Notes under the pieces: generated by a model
The model's database searches: none
What the model saw: only the letters and a program-made list of their open reading frames with translations
Told to the model about the DNA's origin: nothing
In this document: positions 21,632-26,719 of the stretch, one piece after another
Layout of the letters: the number at the start of each line of letters is the position of its first letter
Numbering within the stretch: the first letter of the stretch is position 1
Made by a program: the position numbers and the translations under genes
Source of the DNA: a virus
Lineage: Duplodnaviria > Heunggongvirae > Uroviricota > Caudoviricetes
DNA: 26,719 nucleotides
Virus record (IMG/VR): IMGVR_UViG_2718217884_000004
Direction: 5' to 3' (one strand)

Positions 21632-21850
21632 ATGCAGAAACGAGAACCCGTCATCATCGCGCCAGACTATACCGATGATGAACTTTATGAGTGGATGCGC
21701 CAGAAAATTAATGCAGCGCAGGATTTGAAATGGGCCAATGAAACCAGGGCTAAGCAGGCTGAAAATCTGTCCGCTCTGGAGCAGGATATCACCAATCTGG
21801 AAAAAGCAGCGGCATTAAGCATTGCCAGAATGATTACATACCCGCGTTAG
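21632..21850 (+). CDS. ydfC: Small protein YdfC (72 aa)
   Basis: Track ORF MQKREPVIIAPDYTDDELYEWMRQKINAAQDLKWANETRAKQAENL... Confidence 0.75.
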   Translation: MQKREPVIIAPDYTDDELYEWMRQKINAAQDLKWANETRAKQAENLSALEQDITNLEKAAALSIARMITYPR

Positions 21851-22190
21851 TAGCTAATCAACAAAGCTAAGGTTAGTAATTAAGGAGTTCTCCACGGGTG
21901 AGGTGGAGTGCGTGCGCCGGACACGGGTGAGCATCCGGCACTGACAGTTTACTGAAAGGATATTTCCCTGAAAAGTCAGACCATAACGCGAAAGCGCACG
22001 GCGAGGTAGCTGGTTCATAGATAGCCTGTCGTTAAATTTTCGTCGACCGTGCGCTTCCGGTTGTGGCAACCCGCGAAATGGCGCGGCGGTAAGTATGGCG
22101 GGGTTATTCCTTCCCCGTTGAGGACACCGGGTTGTCAGGTTGACCATACGCTTAAGTGACAACCCCGCTGCAACGCCCTCTGTTATCAAT

Positions 22191-22248
22191 TTTCTGGTGA
22201 CGTTTGGCGGTATCAGTTTTACTCCGTGACTGCTCTGCCGCCCTTTTT
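22191..22248 (+). ncRNA. dicF: DicF small RNA (ftsZ and manX translational repressor) with its intrinsic terminator
   Basis: TTTCTGGTGACGTTTGGCGGTATCAGTTTTACTCCGTGACTGCTCTGCCGCCC followed by TTTTT, between ydfC and dicB. The GGCGG...CCGCC stem plus U-run forms the terminator. Ends are approximate. Confidence 0.6.
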
Positions 22249-22417
22249 AAAGTGAATTTTGTGATGTGGTGAATGCGGCTGAGCGCACGCGGAACAGTTA
22301 AAACCAAAAACAGTGTTATGGGTGGATTCTCTGTATCCGGCGTTAATTGTTAACTGGTTAACGTCACCTGGAGGCACCAGGCACTGCATCACAAAATTCA
22401 TTGTTGAGGACGCGATA

Positions 22418-22606
22418 ATGAAAACGTTATTACCAAACGTTAATACGTCTGAAGGTTGTTTTGAAATTGGTGTCACTATCAGTAACCCAGTATTTACTGA
22501 AGATGCCATTAACAAGAGAAAACAAGAACGGGAGCTATTAAATAAAATATGCATTGTTTCAATGCTGGCTCGTTTACGTCTGATGCCAAAAGGATGTGCA
22601 CAATGA
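22418..22606 (+). CDS. dicB: Cell division inhibitor DicB (62 aa)
   Basis: MKTLLPNVNTSEGCFEIGVTISNPVFTEDAINKRKQERELLNKICIVSMLARLRLMPKGCAQ, from the internal Met of the track ORF, with GAGGA upstream. Confidence 0.85.
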   Translation: MKTLLPNVNTSEGCFEIGVTISNPVFTEDAINKRKQERELLNKICIVSMLARLRLMPKGCAQ

Positions 22607-22794
22607 ATTCAGCATTTGTGCTTGTTCTGACAGTTTTTCTTGTTTCCGGAGAGCCAGTTGATATTGCAGTCAGTGTGCACAGGACAATGCAGGAGTGTAT
22701 GACTGCAGCAACCGAACAGAAAATTCCCGGTAACTGTTACCCGGTCGATAAAGTTATTCACCAGGATAATATCGAAATCCCGGCAGGTCTTTAA
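22603..22794 (+). CDS. ydfD: Small membrane protein YdfD (63 aa), reported as a lysis protein
   Basis: MNSAFVLVLTVFLVSGEPVDIAVSVHRTMQECMTAATEQKIPGNCYPVDKVIHQDNIEIPAGL; its ATG overlaps the dicB stop (ATGA). Confidence 0.75.
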   Translation: MNSAFVLVLTVFLVSGEPVDIAVSVHRTMQECMTAATEQKIPGNCYPVDKVIHQDNIEIPAGL

Positions 22795-22887
22795 AACAGT
22801 TCCGTAATAAATATCCGGTTTCATTCTTATATGCCAGCAATGGCAGGGATTTGTTCATCCTTAAATCTGTCATGAGGTTAAAACAAA

Positions 22888-25359
22888 ATGAGTAAAGTCT
22901 TTATTTGCGCCGCTATTCCTGACGAACTGGCAACAAGGGAAGAAGGCGCTGTGGCTGTAGCCACAGCCATTGAAGCTGGCGACGAACGCCGTGCTCGAGC
23001 AAAATTTCACTGGCAGTTCCTGGAACATTATCCGGCTGCTCAGGACTGCGCTTATAAATTTATTGTCTGCGAGGATAAACCTGGCATACCCCGCCCTGCC
23101 CTCGATTCATGGGATGCTGAATATATGCAGGAAAACCGCTGGGATGAGGAGTCTGCTTCTTTTGTCCCGGTTGAGACTGAATCCGATCCGATGAACGTCA
23201 CTTTTGACAAGCTGGCCCCTGAAGTACAGAACGCTGTCATGGTTAAGTTCGACACATGTGAAAACATCACCGTTGATATGGTTATTAGCGCACAGGAATT
23301 GTTGCAGGAAGACATGGCAACATTCGACGGACATATCGTTGAAGCGTTGATGAAAATGCCAGAAGTTAACGCCATGTATCCGGAGCTTAAGTTGCACGCC
23401 ATTGGGTGGGTTAAGCATAAATGTATTCCTGGTGCTAAATGGCCCGAAATTCAGGCAGAGATGCGCATCTGGAAAAAACGTCGCGAAGGTGAACGCAAGG
23501 AAACCGGAAAATACACGTCTGTTGTTGATCTCGCCCGCGCCAGAACCAATCAACAGTACACTGAAAATTCAACAGGAAAAATCAGCCCGGTCATTGCTGC
23601 CATTCATCGCGAATACAAGCAGACATGGAAAACACTGGATGACGAACTGGCCTACGCTCTCTGGCCTGGTGATGTGGATGCCGGAAACATTGACGGCAGC
23701 ATCCATCGCTGGGCAAAAAAAGAAGTTATCGACAACGACCGCGAAGACTGGAAGCGTATCTCGGCATCAATGCGCAAACAGCCTGATGCCCTTCGCTACG
23801 ACCGCCAGACTATTTTTGGCCTTGTCCGTGAGCGTCCGATCGACATTCACAAAGATCCCATAGCACTGAACAAATATATCTGCGAATACCTGACGACAAA
23901 GGGCGTGTTTGAGAATGAAGAAACAGACCTGGGCACTGTTGATGTTCTCCAGTCATCAGAAACACAAACTGATGCAGTGGAAACTGAGGTATCTGATATC
24001 CCAAAAAATGAAACCGCGCCGGAAGCTGAACCATCTGTAGAGCGTGAGGGGCCGTTCTATTTCCTCTTCGCAGATAAGGACGGAGAAAAATACGGTCGCG
24101 CAAACAAACTTTCTGGTCTGGATAAGGCACTGGCTGCTGGCGCCACTGAAATCACAAAAGAAGAATATTTTGCCCGAAAAAATGGCACATACACGGGCTT
24201 ACCGCAAAATGTAGATACCGCTGAAGATTCAGAACAACCAGAGCCGATAAAAGTTACCGCTGACGAAGTAAACAAAATTATGCAGGCAGCCAATATCAGC
24301 CAGCCTGACGCCGATAAGTTGCTTGCTGCATCACGTGGTGAATTTGTTGAAGGGATTAGTGACCCGAATGATCCGAAATGGGTTAAGGGGATCCAGACCC
24401 GCGATTCTGTGAACCAGAACCAGCATGAATCGGAACGGAACTACCAAAAAGCGGAACAAAACAGCACAAATGCGTTACAAAACGAGCCAGAAACGAAACA
24501 GCCTGAACCAGTGGCGCAACTGGAAGTGGAAAAAGTCTGCACCGCCTGCGGTCAGACCGGCGGCGGCAACTGCCCTGATTGTGGCGCGGTGATGGGCGAC
24601 GCAACATACCAGGAAACATTCGATGAAGAGTATCAGGTTGAAGTTCAGGAAGATGATCTGGAGGAAATGGAAGGCGCTGAACATCCACACAAGGAGAACA
24701 CTGGCGGCAATCAGCATCACAATAGCGATAATGAAACTGGCGAGACGGCAGATCACTCAATTAAGGTGAACGGTCATCACGAAATCACATCCACCAGCAG
24801 GACGTGTGACCATCTAATGATCGACCTTGAAACCATGGGAAAAAATCCTGATGCCCCGATCATCTCAATAGGTGCAATATTTTTCGATCCGCAAACCGGA
24901 GATATGGGACCGGAATTTAGTAAGACTATCGATCTGGAAACTGCTGGCGGAGTCATTGATCGGGACACCATTAAATGGTGGCTTAAGCAATCACGCGAAG
25001 CGCAATCTGCCATTATGACCGATGAAATCCCGTTAGATGATGCACTGTTACAATTGCGGGAATTTATCGACGAAAACTCCGGTGAATTTTTTGTTCAGGT
25101 TTGGGGAAATGGAGCCAACTTCGACAACACGATTTTGCGCCGTTCATACGAACGGCAGGGGATCCCCTGCCCGTGGCGTTACTACAACGATCGCGATGTA
25201 CGCACAATCGTTGAGCTGGGGAAAGCCATAGACTTCGATGCCAGAACGGCTATTCCATTCGAAGGTGAGCGCCATAATGCACTTGATGACGCCCGTTACC
25301 AGGCAAAATACGTTTCAGTTATCTGGCAAAAACTGATCCCGAGTCAGGCTGATTCTTAA
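22888..25359 (+). CDS. Large prophage protein (823 aa): acidic N-terminal region with a RecE-like segment, a CxxC...CxxC zinc-ribbon-like motif, and a C-terminal DnaQ-like (DEDDh) 3'-5' exonuclease domain
   Basis: Uninterrupted 823-aa ORF. Segment DKLLAASRGEFVEGISDPNDPKWVKGIQTRD resembles the central part of RecE. CTACGQTGGGNCPDCG near residue 550. C-terminal motifs MIDLETMG, WGNGANFDNTIL and HNALDDARYQA fit the three Exo motifs of DEDDh exonucleases. Confidence 0.8.
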   Translation: MSKVFICAAIPDELATREEGAVAVATAIEAGDERRARAKFHWQFLEHYPAAQDCAYKFIVCEDKPGIPRPALDSWDAEYMQENRWDEESASFVPVETESDPMNVTFDKLAPEVQNAVMVKFDTCENITVDMVISAQELLQEDMATFDGHIVEALMKMPEVNAMYPELKLHAIGWVKHKCIPGAKWPEIQAEMRIWKKRREGERKETGKYTSVVDLARARTNQQYTENSTGKISPVIAAIHREYKQTWKTLDDELAYALWPGDVDAGNIDGSIHRWAKKEVIDNDREDWKRISASMRKQPDALRYDRQTIFGLVRERPIDIHKDPIALNKYICEYLTTKGVFENEETDLGTVDVLQSSETQTDAVETEVSDIPKNETAPEAEPSVEREGPFYFLFADKDGEKYGRANKLSGLDKALAAGATEITKEEYFARKNGTYTGLPQNVDTAEDSEQPEPIKVTADEVNKIMQAANISQPDADKLLAASRGEFVEGISDPNDPKWVKGIQTRDSVNQNQHESERNYQKAEQNSTNALQNEPETKQPEPVAQLEVEKVCTACGQTGGGNCPDCGAVMGDATYQETFDEEYQVEVQEDDLEEMEGAEHPHKENTGGNQHHNSDNETGETADHSIKVNGHHEITSTSRTCDHLMIDLETMGKNPDAPIISIGAIFFDPQTGDMGPEFSKTIDLETAGGVIDRDTIKWWLKQSREAQSAIMTDEIPLDDALLQLREFIDENSGEFFVQVWGNGANFDNTILRRSYERQGIPCPWRYYNDRDVRTIVELGKAIDFDARTAIPFEGERHNALDDARYQAKYVSVIWQKLIPSQADS

Positions 25360-25431
25360 TGTTCAACTGTCGCCGGTTGTGACTGGTATTCTGCAACCGG
25401 CGCTCGTCTAATGTAAGAGATAAAGAAATCG

Positions 25432-25683
25432 ATGAGCGAAGTAATCATGATTGTCTCTCCCGGCAAATGGGTATCCGAAGAGCAGTTAATTGCGCTGAAA
25501 GGAATAAAAAAAGGTACGTTAAAAAAGGCCCGGGAAAAATCGTTTATGGAAGGAAGGGAATATAAGCATGTCGCTCATGACGGTATGCCATGGGATAACA
25601 GCCCATGCTTTTACAACCTGGAAGAAATTGATCGCTGGATTGAGCGCCAGGCATCAGCGAGACCAAGACGTCATCTTACTTGA
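25432..25683 (+). CDS. Excisionase-like protein (83 aa)
   Basis: Small basic protein immediately upstream of the integrase gene (MSEVIMIVSPGKWVSEEQLIALKGIKKGTLKKAREK...). Assigned from position and size. Confidence 0.55.
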   Translation: MSEVIMIVSPGKWVSEEQLIALKGIKKGTLKKAREKSFMEGREYKHVAHDGMPWDNSPCFYNLEEIDRWIERQASARPRRHLT

Positions 25684-25717
25684 CTAAAAGCCACACTAAC
25701 TAATGAGAGAAGTTGAA

Positions 25718-26719
25718 ATGAAATATCCGACAGGCGTGGAAAACCATGGAGGGAAATTACGTATCTGGTTTGTTTATAAAGGCGTAAGAGTCAGGGAAAA
25801 TCTGGGGGTTCCTGACACAGCAAAAAACAGGCGCGTTGCAGGTGAACTACGCGCCTCTGTTTGTTACGCAATAAAAACTGGTGTTTTCGACTATGCAAAA
25901 CAGTTTCCCTCCTCACGCAATCTGGAAAAATTTGGTGAGGCCCGACAAGATTTAACCATAAAAGAACTGGCTGAAAAATTTCTGGCACTGAAAGAAACTG
26001 AAGTCGCAAAAACATCACTCAACACATACCGTGCCGTCATCAAAAATATCCTGAGCATAATCGGTGAAAAAAATCTTGCCTCATCGATTAATAAAGAAAA
26101 ATTACTGGAGGTTCGTAAAGAGCTACTGACTGGATACCAGATCCCCAAAAGTAACTATATTGTTACACAACCAGGGAGATCGGCTGTAACTGTAAATAAT
26201 TACATGACAAATCTTAACGCCGTGTTCCAGTTTGGTGTTGATAACGGTTACTTGGCAGATAACCCGTTTAAGGGGATCTCGCCATTAAAGGAATCAAGAA
26301 CCATTCCGGATCCTCTTTCGCGGGAGGAATTCATCCGTCTTATCGATGCGTGCAGAAATCAGCAAGCCAAAAATTTATGGTGTGTTTCTGTTTATACTGG
26401 CGTTCGCCCTGGTGAGCTGTGTGCACTTGGATGGGAGGACATAGATCTGAAAAATGGAACAATGATGATCAGGAGAAATTTAGCAAAAGACCGTTTCACG
26501 GTACCAAAAACACAGGCGGGAACCAATCGGGTCATTCATCTTATTAAGCCAGCAATCGACGCTCTCCGGAGTCAGATGACATTAACGAGACTGAGCAAAG
26601 AGCATATCATTGATGTTCACCTCAGAGAGTATGGCAGAACAGAAAAACAAAAATGCACCTTTGTTTTTCAACCTGAAGTGTCAGCGAGAGTAAAAAATTA
26701 TGGTGACCATTTTAGGTGA
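25718..26719 (+). CDS. Tyrosine-type phage integrase, 3' end beyond the window
   Basis: Track ORF 25703..26719 is open at the window end. N-terminal arm-binding-type domain (MKYPTGVENHGGKLRIWFVYKGVRVRENLG) and the start of the catalytic core (VYTGVRPGELCALGWEDIDL). The start is placed at the ATG preceded by AGAGAAG. Confidence 0.85.
   Translation: MKYPTGVENHGGKLRIWFVYKGVRVRENLGVPDTAKNRRVAGELRASVCYAIKTGVFDYAKQFPSSRNLEKFGEARQDLTIKELAEKFLALKETEVAKTSLNTYRAVIKNILSIIGEKNLASSINKEKLLEVRKELLTGYQIPKSNYIVTQPGRSAVTVNNYMTNLNAVFQFGVDNGYLADNPFKGISPLKESRTIPDPLSREEFIRLIDACRNQQAKNLWCVSVYTGVRPGELCALGWEDIDLKNGTMMIRRNLAKDRFTVPKTQAGTNRVIHLIKPAIDALRSQMTLTRLSKEHIIDVHLREYGRTEKQKCTFVFQPEVSARVKNYGDHFR

Noticed and set aside
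23052-24760. Several minus-strand ORFs of 78-148 aa inside the 823-aa exonuclease gene
   Set aside because: All are antisense to a long, motif-supported ORF and have Ser/Cys/Arg-rich compositions typical of non-coding frames.

Overview
The window is almost entirely one defective lambdoid prophage of the Qin type (Escherichia/Shigella-like), inserted into the MFS transporter gene ydfJ. All identifications rest on reading the six-frame translations and on recalled protein families; no database search was run, and hand-derived coordinates may be off by a few bases. Read right to left on the minus strand, the prophage order is: integrase (cut by the window end) - xis-like - an 823-aa exonuclease - the dicB operon with dicF sRNA - the dicA/dicC immunity region (dicC split by a complete IS3) - flxA - relBE-hokD toxin-antitoxin genes - rem - ydfU - Q antiterminator - a three-gene cargo island (Blc-like lipocalin, DUF523/DUF1722 fusion, AppY-like AraC regulator) - phage-21-type lysis cassette with a frameshifted Rz/Rz1 - cold-shock cluster (cspI, ynfN, gnsB) - ydfO/ynfO - an intact lambda-type cos with Nu1, A and W - a portal gene truncated at codon 211 and fused to a 5'-truncated tfa - pinQ invertase - ydfK - ydfJ'. 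No replication (O/P-like) genes or capsid/tail genes remain. The best candidate for an undescribed system is the cargo island between Q and the holin, the slot where Stx phages carry stx. No CRISPR array, tRNA or rRNA was found.
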